From positions 832,001 through 896,000 of the forward strand of contig CAWJSJ010000002.1 of NCBI GenBank assembly GCA_963845565.1: a stretch of DNA of 64,000 nt, given 5' to 3'. The DNA comes from an uncultured Methylomirabilota bacterium. GTDB lineage: Bacteria; Methylomirabilota; Methylomirabilia; Methylomirabilales; 2-02-FULL-66-22. The translations under genes and the position numbers were made by a program. Numbering within the stretch: the first letter of the stretch is position 1; the number at the start of each line of letters is the position of its first letter. Below are positions 48,555 to 59,107 of this stretch, one piece after another. The notes beneath the pieces were generated by a model. It had not been told where the DNA came from. It did no database searches and saw nothing but the letters and a program-made list of their open reading frames with translations.

Positions 48555-50239
48555 TGGTCCTTTGCCCTCCCCCGCGGGTCCTCCATGAAGTCGGCGTTGC
48601 TGGTGCCCGGCTGGACCATGGGGTACACGTTTTCGTCCTGCTCCACCTTGCAGTCCAGGAGGTACGGACCGTCCGCGTCGCGCGCGGCGGCAAAGGCCGC
48701 CGCCAGGTCGGCCGTGGCCGTGACGCGCCGCGCCGGGATGCCGTAGCTTGCGGCCAGCTGGACGAAATCCGGGCCGCTGATCGGCGTGCCGATGTACCGG
48801 GCGCCGTGGAAGAGCTCCTGCCACTGCCGGACCATGCCCAGGTAGCCGTTGTCCATGATTACGATCTTGATGGGCAACCGCTCCTGCGCCACGGTCGCCA
48901 GCTCCTGGAGATTCATCTGAAAGCTGCCGTCGCCGACGACGACCCAGACGGGATCGGTGGGATGGCCGGCCTGAACGCCGAGGGCGGCCGGGAGCGAGTA
49001 TCCCATGGTCCCGAGGCCGCCGGAGGTGAAGAAGCTGTTGAGACGGCGGAACCGGTAGTGCTGGGCCACCCACATCTGGTGCTGGCCGACGTCGCTCACC
49101 ACGACACCCTCACCTCCCGTGGCCTGATGGAGGGCGCGGATGACCTCTTGGGGCGGGAGGGGCCCCGGGGCGTGGACCGTCAGGGGATGGCGGTCGCGCC
49201 AGGCATCGATCTGGGCCAGCCATTCCCGATGATCGAGCTCCGGCAGGGCTGCCGTCAGGGCCTCCATCACGAACCGGACGTCGCCCACCATGGGAACGGC
49301 GGCGGGGACGCGTTTGCCGATCTCGGCCGGGTCGATGTCCACGTGGAGCAGCTTTGCCTGGGGGGCGAAGTGACGCAGGCTTCCGGTGAACCGGTCATCC
49401 ATGCGCATGCCCATGGCGATGAGCAGGTCGGCGTTCTGGATGGCCAGATTGGCCCAGGCCACGCCGTGCATCCCCGCCATGCCGAGGCAGAGCGGATGAT
49501 CCGCCGAGAGGGCGGACAGCCCCAGGAGGGTGCTCACCACCGGGGCGTTGACCCGCTCGGCGAAGCGCCGCAACTCCTCCCAGGCCGTGGCGACGTGCAC
49601 GCCGTGGCCGGCGAGCACCACGGGACGCTTGGCGTCCGCGATCACCTGCGCGGCGCGCTGGACCTGGTATGGTGCAGAGCGCACGACCGGACGGTAACCC
49701 GGGCGCGAAACCCGCTCCGGGTAATGGAACTCGCAGGGGGCGGTCAGGATGTCCTTCGGGATGTCCACCAGGACCGGGCCCGGCCGGCCGGTCCGAGCCA
49801 GGAAGAAGGCCTCGCGCAGGCTCCGCGCCAGGTCCCCGCTCTCCCGGACCAGGTAGTTGTGCTTGGTGATGGGCAAGGTGATGCCGGTGATGTTGATCTC
49901 CTGGAAGGCATCCGTGCCGATGACGGAGTCGGCGACCTGCGCCGTGATGGCGACCATGGGGACGGAATCCAGCATCGCCGTGGCGATCCCGGTGACCAGG
50001 TTCGTGGCCCCCGGCCCCGAGGTCGCCGCGCAGACCCCCACCTTGCCGGTGGCGCGGGCGTAGCCGTCCGCCGCGTGGGCGGCAGCCTGCTCGTGTCGGA
50101 CGAGGACGTAGTGGATCTGCGGGTACTTCCCGAGCGCGTCAAAGAGCGGCAGGGCGGCGCCGCCCGGATACGCCCAGACGACGTCGACGCCCTCGCGGAT
50201 CAGGCATTCCCAGACGACTTCAGCACCGGTATGCCGCAT
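48551..50239 (-). CDS. ilvB: Acetolactate synthase large subunit
   Basis: YPGGA, RHEQ, TSGPGATN, DVGQHQMW, SGGLGTMG, GDGSFQMN, MVRQWQ. Confidence 0.95.
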   Translation of the reverse strand: MRHTGAEVVWECLIREGVDVVWAYPGGAALPLFDALGKYPQIHYVLVRHEQAAAHAADGYARATGKVGVCAATSGPGATNLVTGIATAMLDSVPMVAITAQVADSVIGTDAFQEINITGITLPITKHNYLVRESGDLARSLREAFFLARTGRPGPVLVDIPKDILTAPCEFHYPERVSRPGYRPVVRSAPYQVQRAAQVIADAKRPVVLAGHGVHVATAWEELRRFAERVNAPVVSTLLGLSALSADHPLCLGMAGMHGVAWANLAIQNADLLIAMGMRMDDRFTGSLRHFAPQAKLLHVDIDPAEIGKRVPAAVPMVGDVRFVMEALTAALPELDHREWLAQIDAWRDRHPLTVHAPGPLPPQEVIRALHQATGGEGVVVSDVGQHQMWVAQHYRFRRLNSFFTSGGLGTMGYSLPAALGVQAGHPTDPVWVVVGDGSFQMNLQELATVAQERLPIKIVIMDNGYLGMVRQWQELFHGARYIGTPISGPDFVQLAASYGIPARRVTATADLAAAFAAARDADGPYLLDCKVEQDENVYPMVQPGTSNADFMEDPRGRAKDQ

Positions 50240-50336
50240 GGCCGGAAACTCCCCTCCCTAAGGACCGAATGGTCGCGCCAGCGGGACCCCCTCCCGACTG
50301 GAGTGAGGGGGACCATAACAGCCGCCCCCAAACGGG

Positions 50337-51129
50337 TCAAGGATTTTTGCCGCACTGCTGGAGATAGGCGTCCACTACCCGTCGCGTCTGCTCTAGCTTC
50401 TCGATGGAGTGCAGCTCCAGGACCCAGAAGTCGCAGCGCTTCTCGCGCAGAACGTCGAAGGCGGGCGCCAGGTCGCCGACCGCCTGCGGCGGGAAGTGCA
50501 CGTCGTCCCGCTCGATCAGGTACACATGGCTGGCGAGGATGGGGGTCGGGATGGCGCGGATGAACTCCACGACCGTCCCCTGCCCGTCCAGAACCCACGG
50601 GCAGCCGGCGGCGTGGCCGAGGTCCAGCGTCACCGGGGCGCCGGTCTCGCGGAGGAGGGCCGCAAAGGTCTCGGGGTGACTGGTGGGGCCGCCCCGCAGA
50701 TTCTCGACGGTCAGGGGTACGCCGCGGCGCCGGGCGTGCTCCAGCACGGCGACCAGGTTCCGCCGCAGGGTGTCCTGGGACAACTCGTCGGGATCGGGTC
50801 CGAAGGTCCCCACGTGGATGTTGACATGGTGGGCGCCGAGCTCGGCCGCGGCGTCCACGTAGTCCAGCAGGATCCGGACCGCCGCCGCGGCATGCTCCGC
50901 GTCGCGGTGGCCGATTTCCAGATCGGTGTACGGGGCGTGCACGGAGCAGAGCGGGGTCGTCGGCGCGCAGCCGATCCAGCAACTGCCGGCGTCGCGTGCG
51001 GGCCGTCATGAGGCGCCAGCCATCCAGTCCCCATTCGACGCCGTCATACCCGCGTGTTTGCCGGTAGGCTTGGATCTCCGCCAGCTCCTTGCGGAAGGGG
51101 CTGTGACAGAAGACCAGTGTTGGGGGCAT
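50337..51129 (-). pseudogene. Sugar phosphate isomerase/epimerase TIM-barrel protein with a +1 frameshift near 50962 (real or sequencing error)
   Basis: N-part GYDGVEW; C-part HAPYTDL, VENL, LDLGHA, HVY; joined by removing one base (LRA-TTPLCSVHAP). Confidence 0.78.
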
Positions 51130-51340
51130 TCGCACTCCTCTCGAGTCGCTCGTGGCGGATGGTTGCTCCCGTGTAGCTTCAGGATACCTCTTCCTGCAAC
51201 ACGGATTATCGTGCGCATCACGTGGGTGAAGCACCGCCGACGCCGAACCAGATCAACGGCGCGGTATTGTCCTCGGCGAACAGCGTCGCGTCAACTGCGA
51301 CAGGCGCGTGAGGGTATCGGGCGGCGGGTGCGGGATCGGG

Positions 51341-52675
51341 CTAGGGGGATACCGGATCGGATGGTTCCACGTCGGGGGTTTCAGGAGGCGCCGTCTCGTA
51401 TGGGGACGGGTCCACAGCGATGGGAGATAGGGTGTCGGGCGAGTCCGGGAGTGCGACGTCTGCAGGTACGGGGATGGCGGCCACGGCAGCGATCTCTTCG
51501 ACGTTGACCGATTGATCTGGACCCGGCGGGTCCTCGGGCGGTCCAGACGCCTCGATCGGGGGCTCCGACTCCGCGGCCGGCACGGCCGGCGGGATCGCGG
51601 TCTCGGCCTCCACGGGCGCAGGGGCGGCCGGAGGTGCGAGAGGAACGGGGAGGGGAGCTGGTGGCCGCTGGGCGGGGAGCGCGGCCTGCTGAACGCTTCG
51701 CTGGCGGTTTTTCGCCCCGAGCGGGATCCCGTGACCCGCGAGGAGCGGATGGAACACGTCCAGGGCGGCCAGGAATTCGGCGTAGAAGTTCTTCGAGGCG
51801 AAGCCGAACCGGGGGCCATTGTACCGGGCGACGATGTCCTCAATGGCCGTGCTGCCCACCATCGTGCTGGCCGCCCGAATTCCGGCGTGCCCGTGGTTGT
51901 ATGCGACGATGGCCAGCGGCCAGGAGCCGAGCGCCTGGTAGTTGTCCCGGAGAAGCCGGGCGGCGGCCTCGGTGGCCCGCACCGGGTCGCGACGGTCGTC
52001 TCGCTTGCGCGAGATCAGGGAATACTGCTTGCCGGTGGAACGGATGAACTGCCAAAGACCCGCCGCTCCCGCCTTGGAGTATGCTGCGGGATTGAAGGTG
52101 GATTCGACCAAGGGGAGGGCCGCCAGCTCTGCGGGAACCTGATGCTGTCGCAGGATGGTCAGAATGCGGGGGAGTAACTTGCTGGCGCGGTGCAGTCCCT
52201 CGTCCACCTTCTCCCGGAGGCCCTGCTGGACCCGGATATTCTCGGCGGCGCGCCGCAGAGTCTCCGGCGCGCAAGGGCACCCCCACTCCTCCGCCGCCCC
52301 CACGCCCTCGGGGCCCAGCGTGTCAGGGGTGGCACCGTCGGCCAGCCGCATCAGGATGTCTTTGTAGAGCGCGCGCATGCGCTGGATTTCGGGCTTGGCC
52401 AGCTCGGCGGCCCGGGCCTGGCTTGTCCCATCCTTTATGCGCACGACGCCGTAGGTTACGTCGAGGCGGTCACGGTCATGCAGGACAAAATCCCCGACGC
52501 CGTATTCGGTGTACACCTGCTTCCAGAACGCGACGTTGGGCGCCAGAAGCGGCGGTTTGGGGAAATGGGGATGTTGGGGAGGGCCGACATCGGTTGCGGC
52601 CAGTCGCGGCAGAACCAGAAGCGAGATACTGACGAGAATCGCCGTCAACAAGCGCCACAGATGGGATCTACGCAT
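51341..52675 (-). CDS. Lytic transglycosylase (SLT/MltD-like) with Pro-rich tail
   Basis: VAFWKQVY, LPLVESTFNP, AAGLWQF, DDRRDP, AYNHG, FGFASKNFYAEFLAA. Confidence 0.88.
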   Translation of the reverse strand: MRRSHLWRLLTAILVSISLLVLPRLAATDVGPPQHPHFPKPPLLAPNVAFWKQVYTEYGVGDFVLHDRDRLDVTYGVVRIKDGTSQARAAELAKPEIQRMRALYKDILMRLADGATPDTLGPEGVGAAEEWGCPCAPETLRRAAENIRVQQGLREKVDEGLHRASKLLPRILTILRQHQVPAELAALPLVESTFNPAAYSKAGAAGLWQFIRSTGKQYSLISRKRDDRRDPVRATEAAARLLRDNYQALGSWPLAIVAYNHGHAGIRAASTMVGSTAIEDIVARYNGPRFGFASKNFYAEFLAALDVFHPLLAGHGIPLGAKNRQRSVQQAALPAQRPPAPLPVPLAPPAAPAPVEAETAIPPAVPAAESEPPIEASGPPEDPPGPDQSVNVEEIAAVAAIPVPADVALPDSPDTLSPIAVDPSPYETAPPETPDVEPSDPVSP

Positions 52676-52874
52676 TCCACTCCCAGGCGTTGACGCCTGT
52701 TTCCCTCTGCCGACCACTCAGCAATCGTGTGTTAACTACCAGACCGTTCTTGAGGCGGCAAACAATTTCCGTCCACGTGGCAAAGAATGTCAGTATTTCC
52801 GACGAAGGGCGCCCCAGGAATAACACTGTTAGGGGGCACCCGTGGCCGCAGCCGCCTCGGACGCGACTAAGAAG

Positions 52875-53057
52875 TGCAATTCTCTCGCCAATCCCACCAC
52901 GGGTAGGACAAGACCCCGAAGGTCGGTTGGGCCTTTCGTAAGGAAGGCGGGGAGCCCAGCGGGAACGTCTTGGCCTTCGCCCGCGACGAACCAGACTGAT
53001 TCCAGGGAGCGAGTACCCCTGGCCAATTACCGGGCGACAATTGGGCGAGGACAGTGC
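52875..53057. ncRNA. Unclassified structured RNA candidate
   Basis: Nested helices CAAGAC/GTCTTG, GCCTTTC-GTAA-GGAAGGC, CCAGGG/CCCTGG and outer CTCGCC/GGCGAG. Confidence 0.3.
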
Positions 53058-53091
53058 GGCCAACGACAGAGCGAGGCGCAGCGGCGGGGAA

Positions 53092-54903
53092 TCAGTCGCC
53101 GAGGTGATACGGCACGCTGACGCTGACTTTGCCCGGTCGGAAAAGGAGCGCCGCTTTGATCAGGAGCGCGGTTTGGTTGTGGAGGAAGTGTTGCCACCAC
53201 TTGGCTGGGACGAATTCCGGGATCACCACGGTCAGATAGCGGCCCTCGCCTTGTCGTTCCATCCGATCAATATAATCCAGAAGGGGCCGGACGATGGATC
53301 GGTAGGGGGAATCGAGGACCACCAGAGGAATGTCTGGCTCCCACTCGGTCCACTTGAGGCGAAGCTTGGTGGTCTGTGTGGAATCCAGATCCACGGTCAG
53401 CGCGGTCACGTTGGGTGAGATGGACCGTGCATACTCCAGCGCTTCGACCGTCCCCCGGTGCAACCCGGCCACCAGTACCACCACGGGATTCTTGCCGATG
53501 CGCGGCCGCCTGGCCCCGGCGAGCGTGAGTTGCTCGGCCACCTTCTGATAGTGGCGGTTGATCCGCAGTAAGCCCAAGACGATGAGGGGGATGAGTATGA
53601 TCACCATCCAGGCGCCGTGGGTGAACTTGGAAACTGAAATGACGACGGTGACGACTCCTGTGGTCAGAGCGCCCAGCCCATTCAACAGGATATGGTGGGG
53701 AGCCGGATGCTCCTCCTTCAGCCAATGCCGGACCATGCCCGCCTGCGATAAGGTGAAGGAGAGAAACACGCCCACGGCATAGAGCGGGATGAGAGCGTGT
53801 GTGTTTCCCTGGAAAACAACCAAGAGGACGACAGACAGCCCGGCCAGAATGACGATCCCGTTACTGAAGACGAGGCGATCGCCGCGATTGGTCATCTGTC
53901 GAGGCATGAAGCCGTCACGGGCCAGAATCGAGGAGAGCCGGGGGAAATCCTGGAATGAGGTGTTCACAGCCAGAAAGAGAATAATGGCCGTGGCCGCCTG
54001 GATATTGTAGTAGAGGAGGCCTTCGCCCATGGTGGCCCGGGCCAACATGGAGACCACCGTCTCGGCCTCCTTCGGGGTGACGTGATAGAGGTGGGCCAGA
54101 TAGGCTATTCCCAAAGAGGTCGCGCCGAGGATGGCTGCCATCCAGACCAGGGTGATGCTGGCGTTCTTCGACTCCGGCGGACGGAAGGCGGGAATCCCGT
54201 TGCTTACCGCCTCGATCCCGGTGAGCGTGGCGCAACCGGAGGAGAATGCGCGTAGCAGGAGAAAGATCGTGATGGCCTCAGGGGCTTGGAGTTCTCCAGC
54301 CGGATACGGCTGGACCGTTCCGGTCACGACCCGGTACCCTCCGGCCAGGAGGAGGGCGCCCAAGCTTGCGATGAACCAGTATGTGGGGACGGTGAAGAGG
54401 TTTCCCGACTCGCGCACTCCCCGGAGGTTGGCGATGGTGACGGCAATCACGGTGACGACGCAGATCGCGACGCGCCATGGAAACAGCCCAGGGAACGCCG
54501 AGGTGACGGCGGCTACCCCTGCCGCGGTACTCACCGCCACGGTGAGGACATAGTCAATCAAGAGAGCCGCTCCCGCAACGAGGCCGGGGAGCGTCCCGAG
54601 ATTATCCTTGGCAACAATGTACGAGCCGCCGCCCGATGGGTAGGCGTGAATGGTCTGCCAGTACGAGGCAGCCACGATCCCCACGAGGATGACGATTCCT
54701 CCCATGATGGGGAACGAATAGCCAATGGCAGCGGTCCCGGCGGCCACGAGCACCAGCATGATCTCTTCCGTGCCATAGGCGACTGAGGAGAGGGCGTCGG
54801 ACGCGAACACGGCCAGACCCGACACCCTGCCGAGCCGCTCGTGCTTTTCGGCCGCCGTGGTCAAGGGCCTTCCAAGGATGGCACGTTTCAAGGAACTGGG
54901 CAT
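53092..54903 (-). CDS. APC-family permease, KimA/YdaO-like potassium transporter
   Basis: ASDALSSVAYGTEE, AYPSGGGSYIVA, LTGIEAVSNG, DFPRL, LIPLYAVGVF, SPYRS, LHNQ. Confidence 0.88.
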   Translation of the reverse strand: MPSSLKRAILGRPLTTAAEKHERLGRVSGLAVFASDALSSVAYGTEEIMLVLVAAGTAAIGYSFPIMGGIVILVGIVAASYWQTIHAYPSGGGSYIVAKDNLGTLPGLVAGAALLIDYVLTVAVSTAAGVAAVTSAFPGLFPWRVAICVVTVIAVTIANLRGVRESGNLFTVPTYWFIASLGALLLAGGYRVVTGTVQPYPAGELQAPEAITIFLLLRAFSSGCATLTGIEAVSNGIPAFRPPESKNASITLVWMAAILGATSLGIAYLAHLYHVTPKEAETVVSMLARATMGEGLLYYNIQAATAIILFLAVNTSFQDFPRLSSILARDGFMPRQMTNRGDRLVFSNGIVILAGLSVVLLVVFQGNTHALIPLYAVGVFLSFTLSQAGMVRHWLKEEHPAPHHILLNGLGALTTGVVTVVISVSKFTHGAWMVIILIPLIVLGLLRINRHYQKVAEQLTLAGARRPRIGKNPVVVLVAGLHRGTVEALEYARSISPNVTALTVDLDSTQTTKLRLKWTEWEPDIPLVVLDSPYRSIVRPLLDYIDRMERQGEGRYLTVVIPEFVPAKWWQHFLHNQTALLIKAALLFRPGKVSVSVPYHLGD

Positions 54904-55018
54904 GCGATCTCCTAAACAATGCTGAGGCAACGGCTCCGCATCGAGGTCCGATCGAGGTTTCCCGGGCGGCCTCCGAAAGCGCAGAGTCGAGCGGGATGGA
55001 ACGGGGAGCTGGCAGGAG

Positions 55019-55768
55019 TCATTCCGCTGCCAATCGGTACCCCACGCCCGGTTCCGTGAGCAGATACCGAGGCCGGGCGGGATCAGCCTCCAGTTTTCGC
55101 CGAAGCTGCGCCGCGTAGACGCGCAAGTAGTGGGCCTGGTCGGCCTGATTGGGCCCCCAGACTTCTGTCAGGAGCTGATTGTGGGTCATGACTCTTCCGG
55201 CGTGGCGGATCAGGGTGGTCAGCAAGCGGTACTCGATGGGGGTCAGGTGGACCGGACGGCCGGCGATCTGGACATGCCGATGGACCAGGTCCACCGCGAG
55301 CTCCCCGATGGAAAAGGCCAGTTCCCCGGTATCCTTGGTGCCGATTGCCGCATGCCGCATAGCGACCCGCATTCGGGCCAGGAGCTCTCCCACGCCGAAG
55401 GGCTTGCTCACATAGTCATCAGCGCCGGCGTCCAGGGCCGCGATCTTGTCGCGCTCCTGTCCGCGGGCGGAGAGGACGACGATCGGGACCGCGGTCCATT
55501 CGCGCAGGCGGCGGATGACCTCGAGTCCATCCATATCCGGGAGGCCCAAATCCAGGATCACGATGTCAGGCTGCCGTGTCGCCGCTTGGACCAGCCCGTC
55601 CTCGCCCGTGACCGCTTCGATGACACGGAAGCCCTGGGACGGCAAGGACGCCCTCAGGAACTTCCGAATCTGCGGCTCGTCCTCGATGACGATCACTACG
55701 GGTCCGGCCTCGGGCCGCGCGTCGCCGCCCTGGGTGGTATCCGGTTCCCCATCGGGCTGATTAGCCAT
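55019..55768 (-). CDS. kdpE: Response regulator KdpE
   Basis: LDLGLPD, LSAR, GADDYVSKPF, HLTPIEY, HYLRVY, TEPGVGYR. Confidence 0.93.
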   Translation of the reverse strand: MANQPDGEPDTTQGGDARPEAGPVVIVIEDEPQIRKFLRASLPSQGFRVIEAVTGEDGLVQAATRQPDIVILDLGLPDMDGLEVIRRLREWTAVPIVVLSARGQERDKIAALDAGADDYVSKPFGVGELLARMRVAMRHAAIGTKDTGELAFSIGELAVDLVHRHVQIAGRPVHLTPIEYRLLTTLIRHAGRVMTHNQLLTEVWGPNQADQAHYLRVYAAQLRRKLEADPARPRYLLTEPGVGYRLAAE

Positions 55769-58454
55769 CGTCGCTCCCCACGTCGGGCGGGGTTCCGGTC
55801 AAGGGAAGGGTGAACCGAAAAACGGCTCCTCCTCCGGGTCGATTGGCCGCCCAGATACGGCCGCCATGTGCTTCGATGAATCCCCGACAGATGGGGAGGC
55901 CGAGCCCGGCCCCGCGCCCGGTCGGTCTTCGGCCACGATAGAATTTATCAAACACGCGGTCAACCTCCTCGCGGCCGAGGCCGGGACCCTGATCGGCGAT
56001 TGCGACCTCCATGGCACCATTCGACACGCTCGCCGAAATCTCGATGGGCGACCCAGTCGGCGTGTACTTTGCGGCGTTGTCCAGTAGATTGATGAGGACT
56101 TGCTCCACCAGGACGTCGTCCATCGGGACCAAAGGAAGGTCCTCGGGTATCCCAGTTGAGACGTGGCGCCCCCCGAGTGCCGGAGCCAGGCGTTGGAGCG
56201 CAGGACCTAGCGCATCCTCCAAGGCGTGCCATTCCATTCGCGCCACGATCGCACCAGATTCCAGGCGCGTCATATCCAGGAGGTTCTGCACGAGGCGGCT
56301 CAGCCGGTCCGCCTCGTCCCGAACGGATTCGATGAGTTCCTGGCGCGTTCCGGGATCCAGCGACGCCTCGGCCTGCAAAAGGCTGCTGGCGGCTCCGGTG
56401 ATGGCGGCTAGAGGCGTGCGGAGATCGTGGGAAACGGAGCTGAGGAGCGAACTCCGCAACTTCTCTGTATCCATCCGCACTTGGGCCGTGTGCGCCTCCT
56501 CGGCGAGGAGTGCCCGCTCGAGCGCCATGGCCATCTGGCTCGCGAAAGCTTCTAACTGGTGACGCTGTTCGGGCGTTTCGAGCGCGCGGATCTCGTGCGG
56601 CCGGGCGCCTAGCACGCCGACCGTTCCGCGCGAGGCGGCAAGTGGCAGGTAGAGCGCCCTTGCCCCCGGCAGGGTTCCGGTGCCTTGCCCCGCCGGTTGG
56701 CTGTGGTCGAAGACCCAGCGGATCACGCCGGTGTCGTTCGAGTCAACCTCGTAGCCACTGGAGCTCGCTTGCGCCTGCAGCACGCCGGCGGCATCGGGGA
56801 GAAACACCAGCACCCGACAGCGAAACACCTCGGCGATGTGGCGGGTGGAAGCTTCCAGGATGTTGATCACACCGCGCGTGCCGGCAAGCTCTCGGCTGAG
56901 GGCGTACAAAGCCGCCGTGCGCCGCTCGCGCTGGCCGGCGGCATCGGCCAACCAGCGCATCCGAACGGTGAGACCGCTCACGACCAGGCCGACGACGAGC
57001 ATCACGGCGAAGGTCACCACGTATTGCGTGTCGCTCACCGCAAAGGTCAAGTAGGGGGGGACGAAGAAGAAGTCAAACGCGGCAACGCTCAGAATCGAGG
57101 CGCAGATCGACGGTCCAGGTGTCGAGCGGAAGGCTACCAGCACGACGCCGAGCAGATAGACCATGATGAGGTTCGACAACTCGAAGTATGGGAGCATGAG
57201 CCAGGCCAGGGCGGTGGAGCAGGCGACGATCACCGCAGCTCGGGCGTACGGAAACCAGTGGATCCCGGGCGGGCGCCGCGGCGCCACATACGGAATGCCG
57301 GGAGCTTCCTCCCCGCTGATCACGTACACGTCAGTTTCCCGTCCCTGACGGATGAGATCGTCGGCGATGCTCCCGGACAGGAGGCGTTGCCAGCGGTCTC
57401 CCTCGGGCTTTCCGACCACGATCTTGCTCACGTTGCGTTCTCTGGCGTATCGGAGAAGCTCGTCACTCACGCACGATCCGCTGAGCGTGACCGTCTCCGC
57501 TCCGAGTTGCTCGGCGAGGCGAAGGGTGTCCGCCACCCGAGCCCGATCCGCATCGCCGAGCCGGGCGTGGGTAGGTGTTTCGACGTAGGCGACGATCCAC
57601 TCGGCCCGGAGCGTGTCGGCGAAGCGCTTGGCCGCGCGGACAACACGGACAGAGTGGGGGCCGGCGCCCACGCAGGCGATGAAGCGCTCCGTCACCGGCC
57701 AGGTTGTGCGGATGGCGTGATCGCGCATGTAATCGCGCATCTGCACGTCCACACGGTCGGCGGTTCGGCGTAGCGCCAGCTCGCGGAGCGCGATCAAGTT
57801 CCCCTTTCGGAAGAAATTCCGGGTGGCTTCCGCGGCCTGCTCCGGGACGTAGACTTTTCCTTCCGTGAGGCGCTGGATGAGATCCTCGGGGGCGAGGTCG
57901 ATCAGCTCAACCTCGTCGGCTTGCTCAAGCACGGAATCCGGCAGGGTTTCGCGGACGGTGACGCCTGTGATCTGGGCCACCACGTCATTCAGGCTCTCCA
58001 GATGTTGAACGTTCAACGTGGTATAGACGTGGATCCCTGCATTGAGCAACTCGGAAACGTCCTGCCACCTCTTGGTATGGCGGCTTCCGGGGGCGTTGGT
58101 ATGCGCCAGCTCATCCACGAGGATCAACGTGGGGCGTCTCACGAGGGCGAGGTCCAGGTCAAACTCCGGCAAGAGGTGCCCTCGATACTCGACCGGGCGA
58201 CGCGGGAGGGCCTCCAGACCCACCAGGAGTGCCTCCGTCTCGGCACGACCGTGCGTATCCACCCAGCCGGCGACAACATCCGTTCCCTCAGCCAGGCGTT
58301 CGTGGGCCGCCTGGAGCATCGCATACGTCTTCCCGACACCCGCCACCGCTCCGAGAAAGACCTTCAACCGCCCGTGGCGAGCGCGGGCCTCCTCGTCTTT
58401 CACGCGGTGGAGGAGGACATCAGGATTAGGACGGGTAGCCTGCGTCACCTTCAT
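55761..58454 (-). CDS. kdpD: Sensor histidine kinase KdpD
   Basis: GVGKTYAML, LVDELAHTN, NVQHLESLND, Usp domain, four TM segments, SHDLRTPL, GAGLGL. Confidence 0.95.
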   Translation of the reverse strand: MKVTQATRPNPDVLLHRVKDEEARARHGRLKVFLGAVAGVGKTYAMLQAAHERLAEGTDVVAGWVDTHGRAETEALLVGLEALPRRPVEYRGHLLPEFDLDLALVRRPTLILVDELAHTNAPGSRHTKRWQDVSELLNAGIHVYTTLNVQHLESLNDVVAQITGVTVRETLPDSVLEQADEVELIDLAPEDLIQRLTEGKVYVPEQAAEATRNFFRKGNLIALRELALRRTADRVDVQMRDYMRDHAIRTTWPVTERFIACVGAGPHSVRVVRAAKRFADTLRAEWIVAYVETPTHARLGDADRARVADTLRLAEQLGAETVTLSGSCVSDELLRYARERNVSKIVVGKPEGDRWQRLLSGSIADDLIRQGRETDVYVISGEEAPGIPYVAPRRPPGIHWFPYARAAVIVACSTALAWLMLPYFELSNLIMVYLLGVVLVAFRSTPGPSICASILSVAAFDFFFVPPYLTFAVSDTQYVVTFAVMLVVGLVVSGLTVRMRWLADAAGQRERRTAALYALSRELAGTRGVINILEASTRHIAEVFRCRVLVFLPDAAGVLQAQASSSGYEVDSNDTGVIRWVFDHSQPAGQGTGTLPGARALYLPLAASRGTVGVLGARPHEIRALETPEQRHQLEAFASQMAMALERALLAEEAHTAQVRMDTEKLRSSLLSSVSHDLRTPLAAITGAASSLLQAEASLDPGTRQELIESVRDEADRLSRLVQNLLDMTRLESGAIVARMEWHALEDALGPALQRLAPALGGRHVSTGIPEDLPLVPMDDVLVEQVLINLLDNAAKYTPTGSPIEISASVSNGAMEVAIADQGPGLGREEVDRVFDKFYRGRRPTGRGAGLGLPICRGFIEAHGGRIWAANRPGGGAVFRFTLPLTGTPPDVGSDDG

Positions 58455-58511
58455 GCTCCCGGGTCCGTCTCATCGAAAGCGGGCCATCCGACACGAAGTG
58501 TAGCATAGCGG

Positions 58512-59084
58512 TTACCGTTGCGCATCCAGGGCCAAATTGAGCAGCAGGACGTTGACGCGAGGCTCCCCAAATACATCAAGGGTTCGTCCTTCGACGTGGC
58601 GTTCCACCATGCGGCGGACCGCTGACTCATCCATGCCGCGAGCCTTGGCGACTCGGGGTGTCTGGTGGAGGGCGGCCGCCGGAGTGATGTGAGGATCCAG
58701 GCCGCTACCCGATGCGGTGACGAGGTCCACCGGCACCGGAGCATTCTGATCCGGGTCCGACCTCTTCAGCGTCTCGGCTCGGCCGGCCACCGCTTTCAGG
58801 AGTTCCGGGCTTGTCGGCCCCAGATTGGAGCCGGAGGATGCGCCGGCGTTGTAAGGGAAGGGGCCGGTGGCCGAGGGCCGGCCCCAGAAATACTTCGGGT
58901 CGTCGAAGGGCTGGCCGATCAACGTGGAGCCGATCGGCTTCCCGTCCTTCATGATCAGGCTGCCATTTGCCTGACGGGGAAACACGACCTGCGCGATGCC
59001 CGTCACGACCAGCGGGTAGATCAGCCCTGTCAGTATCGTCAGTGACAACAACATCATCGTTGCGGTCCGCAGGTGAACCAGCAT
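58512..59084 (-). CDS. kdpC: K+-transporting ATPase subunit C
   Basis: [51 protein letters not shown]. Confidence 0.95.
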   Translation of the reverse strand: MLVHLRTATMMLLSLTILTGLIYPLVVTGIAQVVFPRQANGSLIMKDGKPIGSTLIGQPFDDPKYFWGRPSATGPFPYNAGASSGSNLGPTSPELLKAVAGRAETLKRSDPDQNAPVPVDLVTASGSGLDPHITPAAALHQTPRVAKARGMDESAVRRMVERHVEGRTLDVFGEPRVNVLLLNLALDAQR

Positions 59085-59107
59085 GAGAAACTCCTTCGCT
59101 GATAGCG

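Noticed and set aside
50240..50336. Possible ilvB attenuator (GC hairpin at about 50283-50314)
   Set aside because: No Leu/Val/Ile-rich leader peptide or U-tract found
51253..51843. Alternate-frame ORF over the Pro-rich tail of the transglycosylase, as a fifth frameshift
   Set aside because: Low-complexity sequence, with no LysM or other domain recoverable in another frame
52925..52965. Calling the structured element a c-di-AMP (ydaO) riboswitch or 6S RNA
   Set aside because: It lacks the ydaO 3' core, the resembling part is on the wrong strand for both neighbouring genes, and the pairing is too asymmetric for 6S
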